A stretch of 64,000 nt of DNA from Candidatus Bathyarchaeota archaeon (GTDB taxonomy: Archaea; Thermoproteota; Bathyarchaeia; 40CM-2-53-6): NCBI GenBank assembly GCA_963726255.1, contig CAVSBL010000002.1, positions 992,001 to 1,056,000 of the forward strand, given 5' to 3'. The notes below the pieces were generated by a model that saw only the letters and a list, made by a program, of their open reading frames with translations, did no database searches and was not told where the DNA came from. Below are positions 38,777 to 49,478 of the stretch, piece after piece. The position numbers and the translations under genes are program-made. Position 1 is the stretch's first letter. Every line of letters starts with the position of its first letter.

Positions 38777-40567
38777 TTGTCAGGCTTCAAGCCCGGAAGA
38801 ATTGAAAGAGTAGCCGGGCCAGTCGTCGTCGCTTCAGACATGCTTGGGTCCCACATGTACGAACTTGTCAAAGTGGGCAACTCAGGCCTTATCGGTGAAA
38901 TCATCAGAGTCCAGGCTAACACGGCCACGATTCAGGTCTACGAAGAGACTACGGGAATCAAACCGGGTGAGGTCGTTGAACGTACTGGCAACCCCCTCTC
39001 AGTTGAACTCGGACCGGGTTTGGTGAACCAATTTTTTGACGGGACTCAAAGGCCTCTCCCCGTCCTTTTAGAGAAAGGCGGCGCTTTCATTCGGAAGGGC
39101 ATAACTGCACCAGCGCTTGACCGAAAGAAGAAATGGGATTTCACGCCGGGTATGAAGAAAGGAGAGAAAGTCACCGGCGGGGATGTACTCGGCGAAGTTC
39201 CAGAAACAGTGCTGGTCAAGCACAGGATTCTGGTCCCCCCGAGCGTAAATGGAACTCTCAAGTCAATTGTCCCGAACGGGGCTTACACGCTGGAAGATAC
39301 AATCGCCGAGGTTGAAACTGGCCATGGTACAGTCAAGCTATACTTGATGCATTCGTGGCCAGTCCGTATACCGCGCCCCACCCGCGAAAAAGTTCCCTCG
39401 GACACACCCCTCATAACAGGCCAGCGAATAATTGACTTCTTCTTCCCAATCGCCAAAGGTGGGACGGCGGCAATTCCAGGAGACTTCGGGACGGGTAAGA
39501 CCATAACGCAACACCAATTGGCCAAATGGGCTGACGCTGAAGTGATCGTTTACGTGGGCTGCGGTGAACGCGGAAATGAGATGACTGAGGTTCTCGAAAC
39601 GTTCCCCGAACTCAAGGACCCGCGATCTGGTAAACCCTTGATGGAGCGTACTATCCTTGTTGCCAACACTTCTAACATGCCCATCGCTGCCCGCGAGGCC
39701 AGCATGTACACTGGTGTAACCCTGGCCGAGTATTTTCGAGATATGGGCTATGACGTGGCTTTGATGGCTGACTCTACCTCACGGTGGGCCGAGGCCCTGC
39801 GAGAAGTCTCCGGCCGACTTGAGGAGATGCCTGGCGAAGAGGGGTACCCAGCCTATTTGGCGTCAAGATTGGCTCAGATCTATGAAAGGGCAGGTAGGGT
39901 CAAAGTGATTGGTAACGACCCTAACAAGCTTGGATCCGTTTCCGTGGTAGGTGCCGTGTCGCCGTCCGGAGGCGACTTCTCAGAACCTGTGACTCAGAAC
40001 ACGCTAAGGATTGTGAAGGTATTCTGGGCGCTGAGCAAACCACTAGCTGAGCGAAGACACTTCCCAGCAATTGACTGGTTAACCAGCTACTCCCTGTACT
40101 TGGAGTCCCTAGAAGACTGGTACCGGACAAGAATTGGTCCGGAATGGTCCTCCCTTCGCAAGGAAGGCATGGCGCTCCTGCAGCGCGATGAGGAACTTCG
40201 GGAGATTGTAATGCTCGTAGGCCCCGATGCACTCTCCGAGAGCCAACGAGTGGTACTGGAAGCGGCGCGCATGATCAAGGAAGACTTCCTAATTCAGAGC
40301 GCCCTACACCCAGTTGACAGCTACTGCTCGCCTGAGAAGACATTCCGCCTGATGTCGCTTATCATGAAGTTCTACGAGAAAATGAAGGAGTCCACGGAGA
40401 AGGAAGTCCCACTCCAGCGGGCCCTAGAGGTGCCGACTAAAGAAGAGATTGCGAGGGCCAAGATCCAACCATCCGAGACCTTCGACGCATTTGCCAAAGA
40501 ATTGTCAACCAGGATTGACCAAGAGTTCGAAAAGCTAACCAAAGAAATTGTTGAAGTCGCCAAATGA
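38777..40567 (+). CDS. atpA: A/V-type ATP synthase subunit A
   Basis: GDFGTGKT P-loop, GCGERGNEM, DSTSRWAEA, EEGYPAYL. Confidence 0.97.
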   Translation: MSGFKPGRIERVAGPVVVASDMLGSHMYELVKVGNSGLIGEIIRVQANTATIQVYEETTGIKPGEVVERTGNPLSVELGPGLVNQFFDGTQRPLPVLLEKGGAFIRKGITAPALDRKKKWDFTPGMKKGEKVTGGDVLGEVPETVLVKHRILVPPSVNGTLKSIVPNGAYTLEDTIAEVETGHGTVKLYLMHSWPVRIPRPTREKVPSDTPLITGQRIIDFFFPIAKGGTAAIPGDFGTGKTITQHQLAKWADAEVIVYVGCGERGNEMTEVLETFPELKDPRSGKPLMERTILVANTSNMPIAAREASMYTGVTLAEYFRDMGYDVALMADSTSRWAEALREVSGRLEEMPGEEGYPAYLASRLAQIYERAGRVKVIGNDPNKLGSVSVVGAVSPSGGDFSEPVTQNTLRIVKVFWALSKPLAERRHFPAIDWLTSYSLYLESLEDWYRTRIGPEWSSLRKEGMALLQRDEELREIVMLVGPDALSESQRVVLEAARMIKEDFLIQSALHPVDSYCSPEKTFRLMSLIMKFYEKMKESTEKEVPLQRALEVPTKEEIARAKIQPSETFDAFAKELSTRIDQEFEKLTKEIVEVAK

Positions 40568-40577
40568 GGGTACAGGT

Positions 40578-41977
40578 ATGTCTGTTGTTGTCCGCGAATA
40601 TTCCACCATCAATGAGATCTCGGGCCCCCTCCTCTTTGTTCAGAACGTGAAAGGTGTCGGCTTCGGCGAACTGGTCAGAATTCGCACCCCCACAGGCGAG
40701 GAAAGACGCGGCCAAGTTCTCGAAGTCCGCAGTGACTTGGCGGTTGTTCAAGTCTTCGAAGGCACCTCTGGACTAGACATATCTTCCACAAGCGTCCGCT
40801 TCCTGGGAGAAACAGTCAAGCTACCCGTTTCCAGCGACCTCCTCGGTAGAATCTTCGACGGGAGCGGCAACCCGATAGACGGCGGCCCACGAATCATTCC
40901 AGAGGATTACTGGGACGTCCACGGCGCGCCCATCAACCCTTACGCAAGAACATACCCCGCGAATTCATCCAGACCGGCATATCGGCCATAGACGGCATGA
41001 ACACCCTCGTCCGAGGGCAAAAGCTCCCACTATTTTCCGGCGCCGGACTCCCCCACAACCGCGTTGCCGCTCAGGTCGCACGTCAAGCAAGGGTTCGAGG
41101 CACGGGGGAACCATTCTCAACCGTTTTCGCGGCAATCGGGATCACAGCAGATGAAGCAAGATTCTTCAAAGAAGACTTCGAAAAGCAAGGCGCGCTTGAA
41201 CACGTCACCATGTTCGTCAACCTAGCAGACGACCCGGCAATTGAAAGAATTCTCACCCCGCGTATGGCATTGACGGCGGCAGAGTATTTCGCGTTCAAAC
41301 TGGACATGCATGTACTCGTTATCCTAACTGACTTGACGAACTATGCTGAAGCCCTTCGGGAAATCTCAGCAGCCCGCGAAGAGGTCCCCGGAAGGAGAGG
41401 GTACCCGGGCTACCTTTACACGGACCTTTCCACGATCTACGAACGCGCCGGAAGAATTCGCAACGCGAAAGGGTCGATAACTCAACTGCCCATTCTGACC
41501 ATGCCGCATGACGATATCACGCACCCAATCCCGAACCTCACAGGATACATTACCGAAGGCCAATTGATCGTGGACAGAGGTTTGCATAGAAAAGGCATCT
41601 ATCCACCAATCGATGTGTCTCCATCCCTTTCCCGGCTTATGCGTGAAGGCATTGGAAAGGAAAGGACACGACAGGACCACAGGGAAGTTTCCGACCAATT
41701 GTACTACGCGTACGCTGAAGGCAGAGCCTTCAGAGACCTAGTGGCCGTGGTAGGAGAAGAAGCACTTTCGGCTAGGGATAAAATATACTTGAAGTTCGCT
41801 GACGACTTTGAGCGACGCTTCATAGGGCAAGGAGAATATGAGAACCGCGACATTGAGAAAACACTCGACATAGGATGGAGCCTGCTGGCTGAGCTGCCGG
41901 AAAATGAACTGAAACGTATTGACCCCGCGACGATCAAACAATTCCATCCGAAATACCGCAGCGGGATAGGAAAGTAA
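40578..41977 (+). CDS. atpB: A/V-type ATP synthase subunit B (frameshift in C-run near 40957)
   Basis: Restored [30 protein letters not shown]; [12 protein letters not shown]. Confidence 0.95.
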
Positions 41978-42640
41978 ATGCCCGAGCTAATAACCGGCGT
42001 CCACCCAACCCGAATGGAACTGCTCACGCTACGTAAGAGACGCAAAATTGCAGAAAGAGGCCGCGACCTTCTCAGAGAGAAACTCGACGCCCTCATGATC
42101 GAATTCTTCCAATTCGTCCGCGAAATTGCCACCCTAAAAACCAAAGCGCAGAACCTGCTGGCCGAATCCTACGACAATTTCGTTGCCGCACAAATGGCCA
42201 TGGGATACACAAAACTTCAACAAACCTCCATTGGCGTTGAGGACAGGTTTACAATAGAAACAAAGACGAGAAATGTGATTGGCGTTACGATACCATACAT
42301 CCAGGTGAACGTTAAGCCGCTCAGCGGGTTCCCGTACAACGTTTATGATACCTCAATAAGGCTTGATGAAGCCACATTGAAGATGGCTGAAGCCATCAAA
42401 GCGATCGCGGAGCTTTCGAGTGCTGAAGCTGCAGTGAAGAAGCTGGCTGAAGCGATTGCGTCCACGAAAAGACGTGTCAATTCATTAGAGTACGTGATAA
42501 TACCACGAATGCTTGGCACAATACGCTATATCGAAATGCACCTGGAGGAAGCGGAACGTGAAGACTTCTTCAGGTTGAAACGGATAAAGAGCAGAATGGC
42601 GAAGGTTGAAGTTATCGACGCGCCTCTGCTCGCGCCTTAG
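41978..42640 (+). CDS. atpD: A/V-type ATP synthase subunit D
   Basis: PTRMEL...RG.DLL..K, TKRRVNSLE...EREDFFRLK. Confidence 0.95.
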   Translation: MPELITGVHPTRMELLTLRKRRKIAERGRDLLREKLDALMIEFFQFVREIATLKTKAQNLLAESYDNFVAAQMAMGYTKLQQTSIGVEDRFTIETKTRNVIGVTIPYIQVNVKPLSGFPYNVYDTSIRLDEATLKMAEAIKAIAELSSAEAAVKKLAEAIASTKRRVNSLEYVIIPRMLGTIRYIEMHLEEAEREDFFRLKRIKSRMAKVEVIDAPLLAP

Positions 42641-43026
42641 TTCGACGACTGTTGGCCCTTAAGAGTCAATATAGCTTTGGCTAGGTCGCCGCCAGCTTCT
42701 GCAAGGGCCTTCCTCGCTTCTTCCACCGGCCTACCGGTTTGCTGAGCCACTAGCTGAACGTCCGAGTCAAGAGGAACATTTTCGGTTGGCGCACTAGTAA
42801 CCGCCTCTGAGACTCGACCACCCGCAATCTGGTACATGGCTTGGCCTTGCACGGTCACGAGGGTTACGCTGGGTTCCTCTATCACAATATCCTTTCCAGC
42901 AGTCTTTATGATAACTTGAGAAACACCTAGAATCTCGTCCACCTTCATTCCCATCTTCTGCATCATGCGCATTGCATCGCGCCCGGTCGGGACGCCACGA
43001 GCTGCTCTCAAAGCCCTAGCTGCCAA
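42637..43026 (-). CDS. nac: Nascent polypeptide-associated complex protein
   Basis: RMMQKMG, VIIK, YQIAG, DVQLVAQQTG...ARKAL...GDLAKAI. Confidence 0.92.
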   Translation of the reverse strand: MAARALRAARGVPTGRDAMRMMQKMGMKVDEILGVSQVIIKTAGKDIVIEEPSVTLVTVQGQAMYQIAGGRVSEAVTSAPTENVPLDSDVQLVAQQTGRPVEEARKALAEAGGDLAKAILTLKGQQSSN

Positions 43027-43334
43027 TTTCTCTCAACCTTCTTTCGAATCTTCACGTAGGCCGCCCTTATTCCCTTACCGCTTTTCCGGGGGTCACGAAA
43101 GTCAAGGTGGCACATCATTCAGCAGCTATGCGGATGACGCCTGTTTGAAGTTGTAGGTCAATAATCCTGCACAAGAGAGAGATGAGAAATTCTTGCGCGT
43201 TGCTTGGAAAATTCGCAGACACTTATATAGACGCAGTAGAGTACGCCACAGAAATTGCGACGTGTTACAATCATGGTGACTCCGCATTCATCGAAGGATG
43301 CTATAGCTCTTTGAGTTGGCATAGAGATTCACGG

Positions 43335-46187
43335 ATGCTTCTTTTGGCCGCTGTACTTGTTCTGGCAACAATTTCACCGCTAGCCCAGACTGTAGGCGCC
43401 ACATTCTTTTTTGACCCACTGGTCACGCTTCACTGGAAGGCCGACCCTGGCCTCCGTAGCTTCCTGGCCGAGCATTCAACTAAAAGCCAGGAGCAGGTGA
43501 GGGTTCTAATTGTCTTCTCCGATGTGCCGTCATCAAGTCAGATACGGGAGCTCACTGGGTTATCTACGTTGGAAACCTTCACAGGCCATGTGGCAACCAT
43601 TCATCTGCCGCTCAGTCGACTTTCCCAAGTTGCTTCCCTCGACTTTGTCAACCACCTCTCGCATCCAAGGCAATTGAGTGCGCGTTTGGATAGGAGCGTC
43701 CCAGATTTACTCGTAGATACAGTTTGGGACACTGTCCGAGACGCGAGCGGAAACTCAGTGAATGGGACAGGCGTTGTCGTAGGAATCGTAGATACGGGAA
43801 TCGATCTTGCCCATAGAGATTTCTTCTTCGAGAACGGAACGAGTAAGATCCTCTACGTTTGGGACCAATCTGTCTCAGGCAAAACTCCCGAAGGTTTCGA
43901 TTACGGTAACGAGTGCACTCGAATTGATATCGGTGCAGGAAGATGCGGTGAGATCGACGGTGAAACAAATCCCTTATTGGGTGCAGACTCAACGGGACAC
44001 GGAACTGCAGTCGCGGCTGTGGCCGCAAGCTCTGGACAATCAGGTAGGTTCTTTGAAAGCTGTCTCCGATACGATGGAGCGGCGTGGGAAAACGACACAA
44101 GACAGTGCCAAGATTCCAATAGTTCCTTTGCTTTGATGGCTGCTACGTCGGACTACCTTTACTTGGGAAGCCTCTATAGATTTAACCGAGCATTCTTCGA
44201 TATCCAAACCGCCGGTGAGTATGGAAGTGCTTTGTGGGAGTACTCTCAAGGTTCCGGTTCGTGGGGCTCTCTTGAGGTCGAGTCAAACCAGACCTCAGGG
44301 TTTACGCGAAGCGGAACTATCTTCTTCACACCACCTAGCAATTGGAAGACGGACGCACTCGGTGGCAGCGCAAGTCAGTACTGGATTCGCGTGAAGGCTG
44401 CCAACATAGAGCGACCCGCCATTGTCGGTCACGTCCAAATCAGTCCGCCATACAAAGGAGTTGCACCAGGGGCGTTCATTATTGTTGTCAAGCTTAGTGA
44501 CGGAAGTGACGATCGTATCCTGGATGGAATAAACTATGTCGCTAGAAGAGCTAGACAACTAGACCTCCCATTTGTAATTAACGACAGCACAGGAGACAGC
44601 CTCGGATCTCATGACGGGACAGAACCCTTGGAGATTGCATTCACGGACCTAGCCGCTGATGGCATACCAATTGTGGTCGCGGCCGGGAACTCTAGGAATG
44701 CGCACCTACATGTCAGTGGTAAGTTATCGCCAGGCCAGGCCGTGAGTGTGCAGTGGTATGCTGCCGAGACAGGAAACCAGTACGTAGACTTGTGGTACCC
44801 AGTTACAGATGTTATCGGGATTACGGTTAGGTCGCCTGATGGCACTAACGTTTCAGGCCCAACGCCAGATTCCGGGGTCAACACACGAAGTGGAAATGTC
44901 ATAATAACTCCCGACGAGCGCCCAACAGGTAAAGAATGGTGGGTCAACATCACCAGCGCAAATCCTCTTCGTTGGACTTTCACATTGACGGCGATAAGCG
45001 TTGAGGACGGTAAGTGGAATGCCTGGACAGAACCTGGCCAGTTTGCCAATCCGCAGGGGCCCGCTGCTAGTCTCTACAGAATTGACCCATCTGACACAAT
45101 CGACTACCCAGGCAATTCGAGAGGCGCCATAGCAGTGGGGAGCTATGTGACAAGAGACTTGTGGAGGTCTGGATGCGATAGCTGCATTGATTACACAAGC
45201 TCCATTGGCATTCGCGGTATCTGGAAGTTTCATGGCGAGACATCTGTAGTGGTGGGGAACGTAACTTTCGACTCGGGAATGGGCCCCACAAGAGACGGCA
45301 GAATGAAGCCAGAGATTACTGCACCAGGTGCGAACATAATCGCTGCAAGAGCTTTCAACCGACCGCAGTTATTCTCGGACCCCGACAATTACCACCAAGT
45401 GTGGCGCGGAACGAGTTTCTCGGCGGCGCATCTTACGGGTGTCATAGCCCTAATGCTTCAAATGAACCATTACCTCAGCCCGAATGAAATCAAGACCATT
45501 CTAGCCGAGACTGGAAGAGAGGACCGATTCACTGGCCCAATAGACAAGGAGATTGGCTCACCGCTGTGGGGTTGGGGAAAAGCGAATGCGTTAAACTCAA
45601 CCCTTGACGCCATGGAGCTTTACGCGGTCGGGGTGGAAATCGATTCGGTAGGGTTACCCTTGGCGACGAACCTGACGCGCGACGGAGAAAAGGTCGCAAC
45701 CGTTACACTTAACCAAACACGGACCGTTGTTCTTGAGTTTCAACGTGGCGGAAACCACACAGTATCACTATCCCCCTATCTTACGGCGCAACCAGGAACC
45801 CGTTACGTGTTGGAGGAGCTCCCGTGGACTTTCTCCTCTGGTGGGGTGAGGAGGTTCCACTACAAACTGCAATTCTACTTGCAGGTAACATCCGAGTATG
45901 GCTATGCAACAGGCACCGGCTGGTACGATGCAAATTCAACGGCCGTAGCGAGTGTGATACCCAAAGTAATACAGGGGCATGAATTTCACGGATGGATAGG
46001 TTCGGTAAGTTCAGGCTCGGAAGCGGTTGAGGTGAAAATGGATTCAAGCAAAGTCTTGATCGCAACGTGGGGGCCAGCATCTGTGCAATCCATGGCGAAC
46101 ATATTGGGGTTAGCCATGGCGATCGCCATTTCGGTTGTGATCGCCCTTCTTGTTCGATATAGATACCTAAAACGAACTTCTAGGTGA
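43335..46187 (+). CDS. Membrane-anchored S8 subtilase (Csp-like) with inserted domains
   Basis: Signal peptide, catalytic VDTGID, GHGTAVA, AAGN, GTSFSAAH; C-terminal YGYATGTGWYDA repeat and TM. Start uncertain. Confidence 0.88.
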   Translation: MLLLAAVLVLATISPLAQTVGATFFFDPLVTLHWKADPGLRSFLAEHSTKSQEQVRVLIVFSDVPSSSQIRELTGLSTLETFTGHVATIHLPLSRLSQVASLDFVNHLSHPRQLSARLDRSVPDLLVDTVWDTVRDASGNSVNGTGVVVGIVDTGIDLAHRDFFFENGTSKILYVWDQSVSGKTPEGFDYGNECTRIDIGAGRCGEIDGETNPLLGADSTGHGTAVAAVAASSGQSGRFFESCLRYDGAAWENDTRQCQDSNSSFALMAATSDYLYLGSLYRFNRAFFDIQTAGEYGSALWEYSQGSGSWGSLEVESNQTSGFTRSGTIFFTPPSNWKTDALGGSASQYWIRVKAANIERPAIVGHVQISPPYKGVAPGAFIIVVKLSDGSDDRILDGINYVARRARQLDLPFVINDSTGDSLGSHDGTEPLEIAFTDLAADGIPIVVAAGNSRNAHLHVSGKLSPGQAVSVQWYAAETGNQYVDLWYPVTDVIGITVRSPDGTNVSGPTPDSGVNTRSGNVIITPDERPTGKEWWVNITSANPLRWTFTLTAISVEDGKWNAWTEPGQFANPQGPAASLYRIDPSDTIDYPGNSRGAIAVGSYVTRDLWRSGCDSCIDYTSSIGIRGIWKFHGETSVVVGNVTFDSGMGPTRDGRMKPEITAPGANIIAARAFNRPQLFSDPDNYHQVWRGTSFSAAHLTGVIALMLQMNHYLSPNEIKTILAETGREDRFTGPIDKEIGSPLWGWGKANALNSTLDAMELYAVGVEIDSVGLPLATNLTRDGEKVATVTLNQTRTVVLEFQRGGNHTVSLSPYLTAQPGTRYVLEELPWTFSSGGVRRFHYKLQFYLQVTSEYGYATGTGWYDANSTAVASVIPKVIQGHEFHGWIGSVSSGSEAVEVKMDSSKVLIATWGPASVQSMANILGLAMAIAISVVIALLVRYRYLKRTSR

Positions 46188-46190
46188 TGG

Positions 46191-46700
46191 TTAGCTATCT
46201 GTCCGGCGGTTTCCCGAGACCTCTTCCACTCCCTTGCGCAGCTTTACGGCAACTCCCCTCTTGAAATGCATCATGTCATGGCCACTCAGGACAGCCCTTC
46301 CGACGCCCACTAAGCCTCCACGCTCGTCAGTGACAATAGCCTCTTCCGCTGGTCTAAGGTTGGAATCAGCTTGCACAACATGTTTTGCGAAAACATCTCC
46401 CCCGCCCCGAACAACGTCGGCCACGTCAGCTTGGATCATTACGAGGTTTGGGGGATTTTTAACTCTCGATAGGAGGAGACTTGCGCCATCAGGTGTCAGT
46501 GCCAAATAGCCGTCCCTTGGCCGCAACGTCGCGATTAGACGGTTGTCTCTGTAGATATACCGAATTCTTCCAGTTCGCCTCGAGCATTCGACGAGGACCC
46601 GCTTATTGAAAAGCGCCGGACCTACTCCCGCTCCGAATTGGTAATTCGCTACGCCCACCAATTTGCGAAGTTGAGCTAGAGTCGGACGGTCCATTTCCAT
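46191..46700 (-). CDS. PUA-domain protein (archaeosine TGT C-terminal-like)
   Basis: NYQFG, RTGRIR, ATLRPRDG, DVFAKHV, GVAVKLR. Confidence 0.85.
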   Translation of the reverse strand: MEMDRPTLAQLRKLVGVANYQFGAGVGPALFNKRVLVECSRRTGRIRYIYRDNRLIATLRPRDGYLALTPDGASLLLSRVKNPPNLVMIQADVADVVRGGGDVFAKHVVQADSNLRPAEEAIVTDERGGLVGVGRAVLSGHDMMHFKRGVAVKLRKGVEEVSGNRRTDS

Positions 46701-46771
46701 CAAGTACTCAATACTCGAACAAGCCAATTTAAATTTCCAGTTCGCCAAGAACTGCATAGGGTGCGGGGCTC

Positions 46772-47284
46772 TTGAACTGCGATATTTGCGGGAGAGAGAT
46801 TATGGGCCCAGCTTTCAGGGTACGCGTTGAAGGAGCAAAGATGCTCGTTTGCGGTACGTGCCAACATCTAGGCAAACCGTACCATGATGAAACACCGGCT
46901 CCAATTCGACAACGCGTGCCTGGTGCACTCCGAATGCCTAAGGCCACTCACCAAAGGGCCCCCGAATTGCCTAGAGGAATGGAAGAGTCGGAGGTTGCTG
47001 ACGATTACTCGACGCTCGTTCGCCGCCATCGCATGAAGATGGGATTGTCCCAAGAGGAACTTGCCAAGCGAGTGAAGGAGAAGCTGTCCGTTATCCAGAA
47101 GATAGAGACAGGGAAAATGGCCCCTGACACAAAGTTGTGCAGAGAGTTGGAGCATGAGTTGAGAATTAAGTTACTTGTTCCACGCCAGGAGACAGCTGTT
47201 CCGAAGATGGCCGCTCCTGCGGAGGTGACTCTAGGCGATATCATTAGGATTAAGGGCAAACTGAAGCCTAGTGATGGCGCTTAG
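46772..47284 (+). CDS. Archaeal multiprotein bridging factor aMBF1
   Basis: CDICG...VEGAKMLVCGTC Zn ribbon + HTH GLSQEELA...IQKIETG, TLGD. Confidence 0.93.
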   Translation: MNCDICGREIMGPAFRVRVEGAKMLVCGTCQHLGKPYHDETPAPIRQRVPGALRMPKATHQRAPELPRGMEESEVADDYSTLVRRHRMKMGLSQEELAKRVKEKLSVIQKIETGKMAPDTKLCRELEHELRIKLLVPRQETAVPKMAAPAEVTLGDIIRIKGKLKPSDGA

Positions 47285-47835
47285 TTCCTTACAACATTCT
47301 TTCCGTGGGCAGTGGGGACGATTTGAATTCTTGCGTTTTGGTAGGTTCCCTCAAGGCGAGTGTGCTTAAACAACCAGTCCAGGAATATGCCTAGGGCGCT
47401 TACCTCGCTGATGGGTTGATTGGTTACGGCGACATTCCAGTCTGCCAAGCCATAGATCTCGCCAGGAACCTTCTCAGCTCCGACTATGACCAGTTTATCA
47501 GCGTCAGAACGCCTTATGCTAGCCACAACCTTGGGCAAGGGCAGCCCGTATGCGGTTAAATGTATGATTTTCCCGCCGCCTCGCTTCCATTCATTCACGG
47601 TTGAGCGCCAGGGCTTCCCGGCCTCGATTGTGAAGTTACCCCCGAATTCTTGGACGACCCGGTTTACTCTTTCGACGAGCTCCCGGTCCTGTACATCGGC
47701 GATGTACACGCCATCCGCACCTAAGGCGCGAGCGGTCAAACACACGTGAGTCGTTACGCGGCTGTCTCTAGGGATTCTATGGCCTATTCGGAGAACGACC
47801 ACTCGAGATTTGCGCCGTGACCTCTTCATTGCCAT
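47281..47835 (-). CDS. trm56: tRNA (cytidine(56)-2'-O)-methyltransferase
   Basis: LRIGHR..RD.RVTTHVCLTARALGA, HLTAYG, GAEKVP, NQP.SEVSAL. Confidence 0.93.
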   Translation of the reverse strand: MAMKRSRRKSRVVVLRIGHRIPRDSRVTTHVCLTARALGADGVYIADVQDRELVERVNRVVQEFGGNFTIEAGKPWRSTVNEWKRGGGKIIHLTAYGLPLPKVVASIRRSDADKLVIVGAEKVPGEIYGLADWNVAVTNQPISEVSALGIFLDWLFKHTRLEGTYQNARIQIVPTAHGKNVVRN

Positions 47836-47846
47836 TTCGACCCGGC

Positions 47847-48035
47847 TTACCGAGTCTTAACGATCAGGTATATCCCAGCTAGGAAGATTATCGATCCGAG
47901 CACTTCGATTATGCCCACCTTGAAGTAAAGTGCCGCTGGGGTCCCGCCCTGCGTGACGGATGTCGAGCCCGCTATATCCATCATCGAGCCTACGAAGAAC
48001 AGGATAAAACCCAAAGTTGCTACCGTTTCCTTCAT
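47847..48035 (-). CDS. Small two-TM hypothetical protein
   Basis: Two hydrophobic helices; co-directional with trm56. Confidence 0.55.
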   Translation of the reverse strand: MKETVATLGFILFFVGSMMDIAGSTSVTQGGTPAALYFKVGIIEVLGSIIFLAGIYLIVKTR

Positions 48036-48164
48036 CTTCGATGGCCCGCGAACGCTAAAACTAAGTTCGTATAAAAAGTTGCCCGCCTCCGAGGAGGCTC
48101 ACAACAAAGAGTTAATGCGAAGTAAAACGGTAGAATCATAGACGTTCACCCGGCGGTCAGCACA

Positions 48165-48689
48165 TTGTCGATCTTGGACGAGGAACTCATAAAGGTGGCG
48201 AACCTCTTCGGGGGGGAAGAAGCCGTCACAGTTGTTAACAGCCTAAAAGCAATCAGCGAGGGAACTGACGAAACAATAACAAACGACTGCAAGACCCGTT
48301 TCAATAAGGAAGTCAGGCTTAACACGGTTAGAAAGATTCTCTACAAGCTCTACGACCACGGCCTAGTTTCATGCACTCGCGTCAGAGACGATAAGACGGG
48401 ATGGTTCATATTCTATTGGAGATTGCAGCCTGACCAATTAGACGCATTCATCCGAAGCCGGAAGAGACGGGCGATGGATAAATTGAAACAAAGGCTTGAC
48501 TTCGAACGAAACCACACCTTCTTCATATGCAAGACGGATGCCGACGTCCGAGTTACCTTCGAAGAGGCGATGGAAACCTCCTTCAAGTGCAGTAAATGTG
48601 GGAATCAGTTGGAAAGCTCTGAGAATGCGGACATGATAACCGTCCTAGAGTCCAAGATCGAAAGGCTGGAGGCCGAACTCAGCAGATAA
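48165..48689 (+). CDS. tfe: Transcription factor E
   Basis: TDETI...LNTVRKILYKLYD...RDDKTGWFIFYW, TFEEAME..FKCSKCG. Confidence 0.93.
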   Translation: MSILDEELIKVANLFGGEEAVTVVNSLKAISEGTDETITNDCKTRFNKEVRLNTVRKILYKLYDHGLVSCTRVRDDKTGWFIFYWRLQPDQLDAFIRSRKRRAMDKLKQRLDFERNHTFFICKTDADVRVTFEEAMETSFKCSKCGNQLESSENADMITVLESKIERLEAELSR

Positions 48690-48704
48690 GAAACGCTGAG
48701 CCAA

Positions 48705-49472
48705 ATGAAGATTACAATACTCCAAAGACCAGGCCACCACACATCGAGAGACTTCAGTTCGAGCCTGGAGAGCACACTCCACTCTCTGAAAGGCGACTTA
48801 GGCGCGTCGTTCAAACTTGATGGATTCTCACAGAAGGGCTGGGCAAGAATAGACATCCAAGGCGAAGACTCCGAAATTGCCAAACAACTTTTGATCCGTG
48901 ACCTAGGCCAGGCCCAAACTGACCTATTGGACGTAGAAGCGCAAGGAGTTTACGAAGGCATCATTAGCAGCGGGCTTAACGATAACTTGGAAGTGGACAT
49001 TGGAATAGAATCACCGACAGCAGTAAACGTCAAAATCGGACTCGAGGCCTTGCGCGCTCAACTGGCGGATGGAAAACCCCTACGAATCAACGAAATCATT
49101 CGTGAATATTGCCTCATACCTGGCAGTCGGGCAGCGGTTCGGATAACGCGGCTTGAACAAGGAAAACATTCCGTTGGGGGCTGGCTTGCAGACTCCCAAA
49201 TTGAACGCCTCGCAGGCTGGATAGGAACACGCTTAGACCGCATCCAAATCTCCGACTCCTATCGGCGCGAAGTCGAGTATGCGATAAGAAAAGCGAACCT
49301 TGAGAGGGACATCGTGTCCGTAGAACCTATCACGTTGACTGCGCAATCCGTTGTATGCAAGCTCGGTACCGACGCAGTCGGCCTGATTCCGAAACTCGGT
49401 TCAGTACTCAGGGAACGCGAATTGAACCCCTTCATTCCGAAACGGATCATAACCCGATGCCGCCCATGGTAA
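48705..49472 (+). CDS. DUF2110-like conserved archaeal protein
   Basis: Position directly after tfe; GEDSEIA, VCKLGTDAVGLIPKLG motif. Confidence 0.7.
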   Translation: MKITILQRPGHHTSRDFSSSLESTLHSLKGDLGASFKLDGFSQKGWARIDIQGEDSEIAKQLLIRDLGQAQTDLLDVEAQGVYEGIISSGLNDNLEVDIGIESPTAVNVKIGLEALRAQLADGKPLRINEIIREYCLIPGSRAAVRITRLEQGKHSVGGWLADSQIERLAGWIGTRLDRIQISDSYRREVEYAIRKANLERDIVSVEPITLTAQSVVCKLGTDAVGLIPKLGSVLRERELNPFIPKRIITRCRPW

Positions 49473-49478
49473 GCGAAG

